DNA of 32,000 nt from Candidatus Saccharimonadota bacterium (GTDB lineage Archaea > Nanohalarchaeota > Nanosalinia > Nanosalinales > Nanosalinaceae), in contig NZ_CP180230.1 of assembly GCF_047555085.1 (NCBI RefSeq), positions 30,001 to 62,000 on the forward strand, given 5' to 3'. Numbering within the stretch: position 1 is the first letter of the stretch; each line of letters opens with the position of its first letter. A program made the position numbers and the translations under genes. The notes under the pieces are model-generated. The model had not been told where the DNA came from. It did not search any database and was given only the letters and a program-made list of their open reading frames with translations. This document shows, in pieces, positions 1-8,619 of the stretch.

Positions 1-105
1 TTCGAAGTTTTCGGTGTTGCCGAGGAGCATATAGAAGGCCTCTCTGAATTGCTGGCATCCGAGGAAAAAAAGTTTATCATGGATCGATTGCGGAATCTTG
101 AGTAA
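1..105 (+). CDS. 3' end of an upstream CDS of unknown function (partial)
   Basis: Frame 1 is open from the window edge (FEVFGVAEEHIEGLSELLASEEKKFIMDRLRNLE*) with TAA at 103-105. Only 34 codons are visible and no family was recognised. Confidence 0.35.
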   Translation, partial: FEVFGVAEEHIEGLSELLASEEKKFIMDRLRNLE

Positions 106-135
106 CTAAAAAAGATTGCGTCTTGAGTATAGGAT

Positions 136-1155
136 ATGACACCAAAAAACAGCCGTGAAAAGAAAACTGAAGACCGCCAGAAATTCAACTATGAAGAGTT
201 CGAGGAAGTTCTGGAAGAGATAAAGGAAGAAGACTATGACACGATAGGCCTTCAGGGTCCTGACGGCATAAAGCCTCAGTTGATAGATTATGCTGATCAG
301 CTAGAGGAACATGGATTTGATACTGTTATCATCGGTGCTTCAACTTTCGGAGCCTGCGGTATCGCAGATGAAAAAGCTGAAAGAATGGGGGCAGATGCAC
401 TGATCCATGTAGGCCATACAAGATTCCTTCATCCGGAAAGACAGGACATGGACGATCTAAACGTGTACTATCTTCCATACCGAGAAGATAGGGATCTCAT
501 GGGAGTTCTCAGAGAGCATTACGAGGAGATTGATGCCGAAAAAGTAGGTCTTGTTGGAGTAACACAGTATATGGATAGAGCTGAAGAGGCCCGTGAATTC
601 CTTGAAGACAAGGGATTCGAAGTTGTGGAAGGGAAGACAGGCCTCAGGACAACAGAGCCAGGACAGGTACTCGGATGCGACGCTGGAGCTGCACACAACA
701 TTGCGCATAAAGTAGATGCCTTCGTCTTCCTCGGCAGCGGACACTTCCATCCTTCACAGGTCTCGGAGACAGGTAAGGATATCTATGTTGTAGATCCTTA
801 TGAGGAGCACATTTGGGTAGAGCCAGCTAACTCTCTCGATGACGAGACTCGGGCCGAACACGCACGTGTAATCAAGCATAAAGACAAGAAGAAGTGGGGT
901 ATCGTCACTTCATCCAAGAAAGGCCAGAACTATATGCAGGCGGTACAGATAGCAAAAGAAAAGCTGGAAAAACACGGCAAAGATGTATACGTTTTCGTTG
1001 AAGACAGGATTTTCGAGCCTGACTACAAAGGATTCGGTATAGATATCTACGTCAACTGTGCCTGTCCAAGAATGACAAAGGACTGGCAAGACATGGCTTT
1101 TGTCTCTCCTTCAGCTCTAGATGTTCTGAACGAAGTTGATATAGAGCACGAATAA
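136..1155 (+). CDS. dph2: Diphthamide synthesis protein Dph2 (2-(3-amino-3-carboxypropyl)histidine synthase)
   Basis: 339 aa. Length and layout match archaeal Dph2. Three conserved Cys contexts are present (FGACGI, LGCDAG, NCACPR), consistent with the three-domain 4Fe-4S enzyme. Confidence 0.85.
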   Translation: MTPKNSREKKTEDRQKFNYEEFEEVLEEIKEEDYDTIGLQGPDGIKPQLIDYADQLEEHGFDTVIIGASTFGACGIADEKAERMGADALIHVGHTRFLHPERQDMDDLNVYYLPYREDRDLMGVLREHYEEIDAEKVGLVGVTQYMDRAEEAREFLEDKGFEVVEGKTGLRTTEPGQVLGCDAGAAHNIAHKVDAFVFLGSGHFHPSQVSETGKDIYVVDPYEEHIWVEPANSLDDETRAEHARVIKHKDKKKWGIVTSSKKGQNYMQAVQIAKEKLEKHGKDVYVFVEDRIFEPDYKGFGIDIYVNCACPRMTKDWQDMAFVSPSALDVLNEVDIEHE

Positions 1156-1233
1156 TTCTTGGTTTTCTCCAGTTTTTGGTTCAGTTATCTATCTGCCCTA
1201 ACATATAAAAAGCTGTTACTATGTAATAACAAC

Positions 1234-2193
1234 ATGACTTCTGGCGGTGTGACTCCGGAGAGCAAGAAGACGAAGTTCGGGAAGGTGCCGGATTATCATA
1301 AGGCGAGGAATGAGCTTTCTGGTGAGGATATCGGGGAGTTGGTCGATGATATTTCTGAGTATGAGGGTGATCTATATGGATCTGCTCAGGATGTTGCTAG
1401 AGCTTTCTACGAGGAAGATCCTGTCAAGTACAACAAGAATCAGATGACTGTTCGTGAGACGGCCAAGGAGAATGTTGATAAGCACAGTCAGCCAGGATGG
1501 GCCTGGGAGCTACTTTCTGTATATTCTGAAGACATGGGGAAGAAACTTCTTGATGTGCCAAGTGATGGATCTCATAAAGGCCTGCTTATAGATGAAGATT
1601 TCGAAAAAGTGTTTCTGTATGCGAAGGATGCGGATGGTATTCCTGCGGTAGAGCATGTTGACAGATGGTATGAGAACGGTATTAATGCGCAGTCTCTGGG
1701 ATATGAGCTTCCTGCGGATGAAATGGAGAGGACTGCTCTTGATATAGGCAGAAACGATGAGCTGGGAGAACCTGTTCTCATGATGAACTACAACGGCGAT
1801 ATGGTGCTTGACTCAAAAATTAACGAAATGCTGGAGGATGTCGAAGAGCAGATCCAGGACAGAAACGAATGGGTCAAAGACTCGCAGCCAGAACGCAGAC
1901 AGCACCTAGAAGGAAAAGATGTGGAAGATGTCGAGGCGTGGACAACAGGCCTCGAATTCCTGATTGAAAACGACTATATTGAAAACTGGGGTGTAGAAGA
2001 GTACAAGAGAGGTAAGGATAACACTGCAGTAGATCCAGAGACACTGACCAGAATAATGGTGGATCTAGGAGAGTTCAGGGAGACAGAAGACGATGATGAA
2101 GACTACGACTTCAGCCCTAGAACCACTGGAATAGATGATTCTCCGGGCATGATGCTGTCCAAAGGTTCTGATGATCGTCCAAAAGGTTACTGA
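1234..2193 (+). CDS. Hypothetical acidic protein
   Basis: Long ORF. The in-frame ATG at 1234 is preferred over the TTG at 1159 because the first 25 codons are hydrophobic junk following the dph2 T-runs. An A/T-rich TATA-like catataaaaag lies about 25-30 nt upstream, suggesting a leaderless transcript. No family was recognised. Confidence 0.6.
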   Translation: MTSGGVTPESKKTKFGKVPDYHKARNELSGEDIGELVDDISEYEGDLYGSAQDVARAFYEEDPVKYNKNQMTVRETAKENVDKHSQPGWAWELLSVYSEDMGKKLLDVPSDGSHKGLLIDEDFEKVFLYAKDADGIPAVEHVDRWYENGINAQSLGYELPADEMERTALDIGRNDELGEPVLMMNYNGDMVLDSKINEMLEDVEEQIQDRNEWVKDSQPERRQHLEGKDVEDVEAWTTGLEFLIENDYIENWGVEEYKRGKDNTAVDPETLTRIMVDLGEFRETEDDDEDYDFSPRTTGIDDSPGMMLSKGSDDRPKGY

Positions 2194-2196
2194 GAT

Positions 2197-3387
2197 TCAC
2201 TCCCAGAAACTTTTCTCAAGTAGCTTCTCTCTATCATCGAACTCCTCTTTATCATGAATCATCTCCCGAATCCGCTCCTGACCTCTCGTGAAACCTATCA
2301 TCACAGCACCAACAAGACGATCGCCGTCGAAGAAAAGCCTCCTGTACTCATCATCGGAATATTTCCGTTCAAGGGCCTCTCCACTCCAGTCACCGACAGC
2401 AAGGAACTGTACATCGAAATGACCGACACCATAGGTATTAACATAGTCAAAGGCCTCTTCATTACCTAGCATGTTTTCTGCCGCACATTCTCCCATCTCC
2501 TCGGAGTGATCCCAGGAACCGTTCACCGTCCTCCGCTCAAAAGTAGGAGAATAATACTCAACCATGTTCCCGGCGGCAAAAACATCATCTGAAGAAGTCT
2601 TCAGATACTTATCAGTCCTGATAAGGCCTCCATCGGTCTTCTCAACGTTGATAAACTCGGAGTTAGGTGTCTGTCCTATAGCGACCGCCACAGAATCACA
2701 TTCGATCTTTTCACCGGAGTCGAGGACTGCAGCTGTGACCTTTCCATCCTCTGTCTCGAAATCAGAGGCCTCTGTCTCCGTCATCACGTTTACTCCTTTC
2801 TCTTCAAGTTTTCTGTGTACTATATCCGATCCCTCCTCATCGAGGCCTCTGTGCCACCAGTTGCTCTCTCTGATAAGATAGTATGTCTCCGCATCGTTTT
2901 CAGCGTACGCAACAGCCAGATCGATTCCTAGAAGGCCTCCTCCGATAACTACAGCTTTTTCACACTCTTCTGCATCGTTTTTGATTCTTTCAGCATCTCC
3001 CATGGTCCACATGTAGTGTACGTTATCGTTTCCGTCGTCGAAAGGTAGTTTACGTGGTGAACCTCCTGTGGCGACGAGAAGGCGGTCGTAGGAGAAGTTT
3101 TCGTCACCTGTTTCAACTTTTTTCTCCCCGGTATCGACTTCGGTGACTCTTGTCTCTAGATGTAGATCGATATCCCGTTTCTCGTACCAGGCCTCGTCGT
3201 GGACACGGGCGTACTGCTTCGGCAACGTCCCTTTCATGTAGTTCTTCAGCATTATACGGTTGTACAGAGGCTCGGATTCATCAGTCAGAACCGTGATCTC
3301 TGCCTCTTCATCCTCTTCTCTAAGCTTTTTGGCTGCTGTAGCACCAGCATTACCGTCGCCTATAACCACGAATTTTCTGTCAGACAT
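2197..3387 (-). CDS. FAD/NAD(P)-dependent pyridine nucleotide-disulfide oxidoreductase family protein
   Basis: The N-terminus has a Rossmann dinucleotide motif (KFVVIGDGNAGATAA). A second GxGxxG motif (AVVIGGGLLGIDLA) and a C-terminal FAAGN motif are typical of class-I/II FAD reductases such as NADH oxidase or ferredoxin-reductase-like enzymes. Start set at ATG MSDRK (3387). Confidence 0.8.
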   Translation of the reverse strand: MSDRKFVVIGDGNAGATAAKKLREEDEEAEITVLTDESEPLYNRIMLKNYMKGTLPKQYARVHDEAWYEKRDIDLHLETRVTEVDTGEKKVETGDENFSYDRLLVATGGSPRKLPFDDGNDNVHYMWTMGDAERIKNDAEECEKAVVIGGGLLGIDLAVAYAENDAETYYLIRESNWWHRGLDEEGSDIVHRKLEEKGVNVMTETEASDFETEDGKVTAAVLDSGEKIECDSVAVAIGQTPNSEFINVEKTDGGLIRTDKYLKTSSDDVFAAGNMVEYYSPTFERRTVNGSWDHSEEMGECAAENMLGNEEAFDYVNTYGVGHFDVQFLAVGDWSGEALERKYSDDEYRRLFFDGDRLVGAVMIGFTRGQERIREMIHDKEEFDDREKLLEKSFWE

Positions 3388-3420
3388 AACCAGATTAAGG
3401 CCTCTCAACTTTAAACAAAC

Positions 3421-4179
3421 TTGCACCAAAAATTACCTGTGGAAGCGCTCCTCGCAATCACTGCAGCAGTATTCCTTGGAGGCCTCGTAAAAGGCATCAA
3501 CGGATTCGGCTACGCACTTGTATCAACGCCACTTCTCGCACTGATGATGCCGGTACAGGACGCAGTAGCGCTAATGATAATACCGCTCGTCGCCTCGAAC
3601 ATCGAACTTGCCTCGCAGTCCAGTATCTCCGAACTGGAAAACTGCACGAGAAAATTTTCAGGCATCATAATATCACTTCTGGCAGGAGTCACAGCAGGAA
3701 TGCTCGCCCTGACAAAAATCCCTTCCAGGCCTCTGGAGATAGCTGTAGGCCTCACAGCACTGGTATTTGTACTCTCCCAATTACAGCTCTTCGAGAAATT
3801 TTTCTCCAGAATCTCCACAGTATGCTTCAACACATGGGAGCCTGTAATCGGATTCCTGTCAGGCATCGTATACGGAGCCACAAACGTCGCAGTAACAGTC
3901 GTCGCATACCTCAAATCACAGAATCTCTCCCACAGAAAATTCACCGCAACACTTGCGATAACAATCCTCGGAATCTCGGTTTACAGGGTGTTCCTGGCCG
4001 AGATCACAGGCCTCTACGCAGGAACAGACAGGATAATTTTTTCACTACTGCTTGGTATACCAGCGGTTATAGCAGTCAAGATCGGACAGAGATCCGCTGG
4101 AAAACTTCCGGAGAAAACTGTGGAGAAAATCTCCCTGGTAACGATCGCAGCGATAGGCCTCCGACTTATCACCGGTTGA
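3421..4179 (+). CDS. TauE/SafE (DUF81) family membrane transporter
   Basis: About 250 aa, multi-pass and hydrophobic, with an N-terminal GLVKGINGFGYALVSTPLL motif and a repeated half-architecture typical of TauE/SafE sulfite/anion exporters. The start is uncertain: TTG 3421 or GTG 3439. Confidence 0.7.
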   Translation: MHQKLPVEALLAITAAVFLGGLVKGINGFGYALVSTPLLALMMPVQDAVALMIIPLVASNIELASQSSISELENCTRKFSGIIISLLAGVTAGMLALTKIPSRPLEIAVGLTALVFVLSQLQLFEKFFSRISTVCFNTWEPVIGFLSGIVYGATNVAVTVVAYLKSQNLSHRKFTATLAITILGISVYRVFLAEITGLYAGTDRIIFSLLLGIPAVIAVKIGQRSAGKLPEKTVEKISLVTIAAIGLRLITG

Positions 4180-4253
4180 ATCATAGTCTGAGTGAAGCCC
4201 TCCAGTAAAGTATATTGGATTTATAATAATTACCACCGAACACGAAGTTACAA

Positions 4254-4328
4254 GCGGTGCTGGTGTAGTCTGGCCCATCATTTCACCCTGTCACGGTGAA
4301 GACCCGGGTTCAAATCCCGGGCACCGCG
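4254..4328 (+). tRNA. tRNA-Asp (anticodon GTC)
   Basis: The cloverleaf was read by hand. Acceptor GCGGTGC/GCACCGC; D-arm GGTGTAGTCTGGCCCATCAT as in haloarchaeal tRNA-Asp; anticodon stem TCACC/GGTGA with loop CTGTCAC; T-arm CCGGGTTCAAATCCCGG. No CCA is encoded and there is no intron. A TATA-like tttataataa lies about 25-30 nt upstream. Confidence 0.9.
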
Positions 4329-4384
4329 AACTCGTTTCTCTCATTTTCCTAACTTACTTGAATTTTCTATTGAAACTTCACCGT

Positions 4385-4894
4385 ATGCCTCCGAGCTTTG
4401 AACCAGTGTACTGTCCGTACTGCGGGGAGAAACTGGGATCAACCAGTGTTGAAGGCCGTGAAAGACTTTACTGCGAGGCCTGCGACAGGGTTATCTGGAG
4501 GAACGCAGATCCTGTTGCAGCAGTTATAGTCAGAGAAGATGAAAAAATACTTTTCATAAAGAGAGGTATAGAACCGGGGAAAGGAGAATGGAGTCTGCCG
4601 GCAGGATTCCTGGAGCTCGAGGAATCTCCTTCCGAGGCTGCTGTACGTGAACTTGAGGAAGAGACAGGCCTCAAAGTAGAGGAAGAAGATCTCGAGTTCA
4701 TGGACGCAGTCAATATGGAACGGTTCCCGGGACAGAGACTTGTAGCCACAGTATACACTGTAGAAATAGATCAGGCCTCTGGAAAAATTTCACCAGGTTC
4801 AGACGCTGAAAAGGCCTCCTTCTGGCGTATAAAAGATTTCGAGGAGAGCGATGAAACGCTGAGAAAGCATTTCATCTCGGCTCTAGGCCTCTAA
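4385..4894 (+). CDS. NUDIX hydrolase with N-terminal zinc ribbon (NudC-like architecture)
   Basis: Contains a CPYC...CEAC zinc ribbon followed by a Nudix box: GKGEWSLPAGFLELEESPSEAAVRELEEETGL (GX5EX7REUXEEXGU). ATG at 4385 is preferred over TTG at 4358. Confidence 0.85.
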   Translation: MPPSFEPVYCPYCGEKLGSTSVEGRERLYCEACDRVIWRNADPVAAVIVREDEKILFIKRGIEPGKGEWSLPAGFLELEESPSEAAVRELEEETGLKVEEEDLEFMDAVNMERFPGQRLVATVYTVEIDQASGKISPGSDAEKASFWRIKDFEESDETLRKHFISALGL

Positions 4895-4906
4895 AAATTT
4901 CTGTTT

Positions 4907-5602
4907 TCAAAGTCCGTAGTGATCTGCAACAGTCTCTCTGTCATCCAGAACTACATCGTCATAGACGCGCCGTCCCATCTCCGTTATCTCTACGTTTTCC
5001 AGACTTCCTTCTTCTGTGGCATCGTACTCCAGCAGGCCTACGGTGGAGAGCTGTTCAACTGCATCCATGTATTCTTCAGGCACTTCTCCGTCGTTGACTT
5101 CTTCTCCAAGTATATACAGTACGGGAAGTGCTTCAGGATGGGAGTCTGCCAGCATGTTAAATCCTAATGCATTGTACAGGTTTCCTACTGTGTCTTCTCC
5201 CTCGTAGACTAAGTCTCCATCAGAGGCCTCGAAGTAGCTTGCGGCGATGTGATTATCGTTTACAAGCTCCATTAGCGTGTGATTCGCTTGATCCATCTGT
5301 GTTCTCCAGGTTCCTCCGTATCCGGTCAGTTCCCATCCGTCTGGAGTATTCTGTACCAGTTTTTTCTCCTCCATATCGTCCAGTATATCTCGCAACTGCA
5401 TCTCGAAGTGTCCGAAGTTTTCTCCTGCCTGCCAGCCGCTTGAGCCGGTCTGGAAAAGGCTTTCTATAACGTCATTCATCGTCTCTCCTCTTGAAATACT
5501 TGAGAAAACTCTGATAGGTGTTTGGCCGCCCAGACTGGCGTATATTTCACTTTGCTCCCTGAAAATCGGGTCTCTCTGGATATGTCCGTCAATATTTACC
5601 AT
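4907..5602 (-). CDS. Hypothetical acidic protein
   Basis: Long ORF with no recognised family. Start placed at internal ATG (MVNIDG, 5602) because the 5683 start would leave no promoter space before the divergent cmk gene. Confidence 0.5.
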   Translation of the reverse strand: MVNIDGHIQRDPIFREQSEIYASLGGQTPIRVFSSISRGETMNDVIESLFQTGSSGWQAGENFGHFEMQLRDILDDMEEKKLVQNTPDGWELTGYGGTWRTQMDQANHTLMELVNDNHIAASYFEASDGDLVYEGEDTVGNLYNALGFNMLADSHPEALPVLYILGEEVNDGEVPEEYMDAVEQLSTVGLLEYDATEEGSLENVEITEMGRRVYDDVVLDDRETVADHYGL

Positions 5603-5685
5603 GTAACCCGAATCGCCTCTGAGATTTATTACCTTGACGTAACTTCTATGAAAATCATAAAACAGACAGGGAGTAAATCCCATTT

Positions 5686-6300
5686 ATGACCAGTCTAATA
5701 GAGGAGTTCAGCGATGATAGGGAGAAAAAATCCGATGTAGTGATAACTATCGACGGGCCTTCCGGCGCAGGAAAAGGAACACTCGCTGAATTCATCGCAG
5801 AAACTCTCGATATCAAGGCCTACTCTGCGGGAGACTTCTTCCGGGAACTGGCTAAAGAAAAAGGCCTCAGCGTAGAGGAATTGAGCGAACAGGCGGATAA
5901 AGAAACAGATATCAAAGTCGACGAAAGAACTCTGGAGAAAGGCCTCAACGAGAACTGTGTGATCGAATCAAGGATCGCTTCATGGGTTCTCGGCGATTAC
6001 TCCGATCTCAGTATCTACGTCAGGGCTGATCTGGAGGAAAGAGCCAGGAGAGTTATGAAAGATCTGGAATACGATACTAGAGAAGCTGAGGAAGATGCAG
6101 AAGATCTTGAAGAGGCCAGAGAAAAGATCAGGAAGAGAGACGAAGATAATAAAGAAAGATACAGCGATTACTACGGTATCGATATTGAAGATATTCAGAT
6201 GTACGATCTTGTTATAGATAATACAGATCTGAGTATTGAGAGGCAGAACGAACTTGTCAAAAGCGCTCTGAAAGATAATTTCCCGGAGAGATTTGAGTAG
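5686..6300 (+). CDS. cmk: Cytidylate kinase, archaeal type
   Basis: P-loop ITIDGPSGAGKGT followed by YSAGDFFRELAKEKGLSVEE and ...RIASWVL...IYVRADLEERARRV, matching the archaeal Cmk pattern. The C-terminus is acidic. Confidence 0.85.
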   Translation: MTSLIEEFSDDREKKSDVVITIDGPSGAGKGTLAEFIAETLDIKAYSAGDFFRELAKEKGLSVEELSEQADKETDIKVDERTLEKGLNENCVIESRIASWVLGDYSDLSIYVRADLEERARRVMKDLEYDTREAEEDAEDLEEAREKIRKRDEDNKERYSDYYGIDIEDIQMYDLVIDNTDLSIERQNELVKSALKDNFPERFE

Positions 6301-6312
6301 AGGCCTGAGATT

Positions 6313-6729
6313 ATGACCGGGAGTTACGAGATACTGGATCATCCAGCAGATGCAAAATTCAGGGCATCCGGCGATACACTTGAAGAGGCCTTTTCAGCAA
6401 CTGTGGAGGCCTTCTCTGAGATAGTCCGTGGCGACTCCGGCATGTACAATCACAGGATAAAAGTCGAATCCGAGAATCTGGATGCTCTGCTTTTCGACTT
6501 CCTCGATGAACTGATATTTCTACAGGATTCACGCGGAATAGTTGTTTCCCATGCATCCGAGATGGATATAGAGGAACTGGATGACGGCTGGCGTCTGGAG
6601 GCGAATATCATGACAGATGACATCACTTCAGAAGTCGATTTTATGGATGTCAAGGCCCCGACGTACAGCGAGATGGATGTAGGATTCGAAGACGGACAGT
6701 GGTACGCACAGGCCGTAATCGACATATAG
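6313..6729 (+). CDS. Archease (RtcB activator)
   Basis: 138 aa. The N-terminus YEILDHPADAKFRASGDTLEEAF is the archease signature. The gene lies immediately upstream of rtcB. Confidence 0.85.
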   Translation: MTGSYEILDHPADAKFRASGDTLEEAFSATVEAFSEIVRGDSGMYNHRIKVESENLDALLFDFLDELIFLQDSRGIVVSHASEMDIEELDDGWRLEANIMTDDITSEVDFMDVKAPTYSEMDVGFEDGQWYAQAVIDI

Positions 6730-6794
6730 GCCTAGAAATTTTCCTGTGACAATCTGCATATTCTTTTGTAAAAATTCTTGCACAAAGCTAATTC

Positions 6795-8213
6795 ATGGAG
6801 ATCAACAAAATTTCCGAAAACATCTACGAGATCCCGAAAGAGGGAGATATGGAGAAACCGGCGAGAATCTACGCCAACGAGGCCTTACTTGAAAAAATCA
6901 AGGGAGATGACACTCTGGAGCAGATAAAAAATGTTGCAACTCTTCCGGGCCTCCAGAAACATTCAATCGTCATGCCGGACGGCCACCAGGGATATGGCTT
7001 CCCTATCGGCGGAGTAGCAGCTATAGACGCAGAAGAAGGAGTAATCAGTCCTGGAGGAATCGGATACGATATCAACTGCGGCGTAAGAGTTCTCAAGACA
7101 GATCTAAGTTATGAAGATGTCAAAGGCCGTGAAGAACAACTCGCAAATATTTTATTCAACAAAATTCCGTGCGGCCTCGGAAAAGGAGGATACATCGATA
7201 CAGATGAAGAAGATTTAGAGAAAATTCTCGAGAAAGGAGCTGAATGGATGCTTGAAAACGACCATGCAAAGGAATCAGACCTGAAGCGGTGCGAGGAAAA
7301 CGGAAAATTGCCGGGAAGGCCTGAAAAAGTACCTGAAAAAGCGAAGAAGAGAGGCCTGAATCAGGTAGGCTCTCTTGGCTCTGGAAATCATTTCCTGGAG
7401 ATTCAGCGAGTGGGAGAAATTTTTAACGAGGATAAAGCAGAGGCCTACGGACTGGAGGAAGATCAGGTAGTTGTCATGATCCACTCGGGATCTAGAGGCC
7501 TCGGCCATCAGACATGTACTTACTATCTGAGAGAGTTCGAGAAGAATTATCCGGAGATTGTAGAAAAGATTCCGGAAAAGGAGTTGATTTACGCTCCTAT
7601 AGAGGATGAGCTTGGTCAGGACTATAAGGCTGCGATGTATGCTGCTGCTAACTATGCCTGGGCTAATCGACAGGCAATCACAGAAGGTATCAGAGACTGT
7701 CTGGATGAAATATTTGGGGAAGTTGAGACAGAGCTTCTCTACGATGTATGCCACAATATCGCGAAGGAGGAGACTCATGAAGTCGATGGAGAAGATAAAG
7801 AAGTGATTGTACACAGGAAAGGAGCGACTAGAGCCATGCCAGCAGGAAGAGAAGAAGTTCCGGATGTTTACTCGGATGTAGGCCAGCCTGTATTGATTCC
7901 TGGAAGTATGGGAACTTCCAGCTATATTTTGTCTGGAGGAGAGGCCTCTCTTGATCTTTCATTCGGTTCCACAGCTCATGGCGCCGGCCGCCTCAAATCT
8001 AGAACGCAGGCAAAGCAGGATTACTGGGGCGGCGACGTCCAGGACGATCTGAAGCGTGAAGGAATCTACGTGAAAGCAGCTTCCGGATCAACGATCGCTG
8101 AAGAGGCTCCGGGAAGCTACAAAGACGTTGATGAAGTCATCAAAGTCTCCGATGAACTCGGTATTGGGGAGAAAGTCGCCAAGTTGAGGCCTCTGGTGAA
8201 TATCAAGGGATGA
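6795..8213 (+). CDS. rtcB: RNA-splicing ligase RtcB (tRNA ligase)
   Basis: 472 aa with PDGHQGYGFPIGGVAA, GYDINCGVR, GSGNHFLE and HSGSRGLGHQ motifs, plus a C-terminal PVLIPGSMGT...HGAGR. Confidence 0.95.
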   Translation: MEINKISENIYEIPKEGDMEKPARIYANEALLEKIKGDDTLEQIKNVATLPGLQKHSIVMPDGHQGYGFPIGGVAAIDAEEGVISPGGIGYDINCGVRVLKTDLSYEDVKGREEQLANILFNKIPCGLGKGGYIDTDEEDLEKILEKGAEWMLENDHAKESDLKRCEENGKLPGRPEKVPEKAKKRGLNQVGSLGSGNHFLEIQRVGEIFNEDKAEAYGLEEDQVVVMIHSGSRGLGHQTCTYYLREFEKNYPEIVEKIPEKELIYAPIEDELGQDYKAAMYAAANYAWANRQAITEGIRDCLDEIFGEVETELLYDVCHNIAKEETHEVDGEDKEVIVHRKGATRAMPAGREEVPDVYSDVGQPVLIPGSMGTSSYILSGGEASLDLSFGSTAHGAGRLKSRTQAKQDYWGGDVQDDLKREGIYVKAASGSTIAEEAPGSYKDVDEVIKVSDELGIGEKVAKLRPLVNIKG

Positions 8214-8265
8214 CTCTCATGTCTCTCGAAAAAAGTATATCTTTTCGTGTACAGAAATTTTCTCT

Positions 8266-8619
8266 ATGATACTGGAGGAACTTGAACAGGAATTTAACTA
8301 CGGGAAACTCGATGACGATGAAATAGAGGACAGAGTACAGGAAGAGATACAGGATTTGATAGATGATAACTCCAGAAAAGAGATAATAGGAGATCTGAAA
8401 GGCCTTGATGAAAGCTTCCAGGATCTTGTAGTCAATATACTTGATCAGGAGCTTCTGGAGATGTACCATGATCAGTTTGAACTGGACAGAGAGTTCCAGG
8501 ATCGCTTCGAGGAAACGCTGGAAGGCCTACAGAAAGACTACTCGAAAGATGAAATCATTGAGATGGCTTCTCAGTACAGTGAAGAGTTCGAGGAAAAAGT
8601 GAGGGAGGAACTGGAATAA
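8266..8619 (+). CDS. Hypothetical highly acidic small protein
   Basis: 117-aa ORF, very Glu/Asp-rich like the rest of the proteome. No family recognised. Its 3' end overlaps the convergent lipoprotein ORF. Confidence 0.45.
   Translation: MILEELEQEFNYGKLDDDEIEDRVQEEIQDLIDDNSRKEIIGDLKGLDESFQDLVVNILDQELLEMYHDQFELDREFQDRFEETLEGLQKDYSKDEIIEMASQYSEEFEEKVREELE

Noticed and set aside
583-605. An exact 23-nt repeat, gaagaggcccgtgaattccttga, shared between dph2 (583-605) and rpl5 (19338-19360).
   Set aside because: Both copies are in frame and encode the same octapeptide EEAREFLE, in positions that fit each protein family. The flanks diverge immediately. The GAG-GCC-CGT codon choice for E-A-R recurs elsewhere (13625, 19600, 25190). 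The most economical explanation is chance peptide identity combined with strong codon bias, not a mobile or regulatory repeat.
1159-1233. The N-terminal extensions implied by the longest-ORF starts: 1159 TTG, 4358 TTG, 5683, 9123 and 15915.
   Set aside because: These extensions overlap upstream genes, terminator T-tracts or the space needed for divergent promoters. They encode atypical hydrophobic or Cys-rich peptides, and internal ATGs give sensible N-termini (Tat signal, Sec signal, Rossmann fold).
3822-4208. The alternative-frame 128-aa ORF inside the TauE gene and the 144-aa antisense ORF at 3510-3944.
   Set aside because: The TauE frame yields a coherent multi-TM protein with the family's motif. 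The alternative frames give Arg/His/Ser-rich sequences with no membrane or domain character.
7275-7814. Long antisense ORFs in the track. Examples: 7275-7814(-), 10840-11352(-), 15118-15561(-), 15468-15896(-), 17222-17782(-), 19134-19748(-), 22338-22724(-), 25670-26128(-), 27974-28411(-).
   Set aside because: Each lies entirely opposite a confidently identified conserved gene (rtcB, rpl4/rpl23, the S66 peptidase, rps17/rpl14, rpl5, rps5, cbf5, htrA). Their products are Ser/Leu/Phe/Cys-rich and non-acidic, unlike the genuine proteome. These are typical shadow ORFs.
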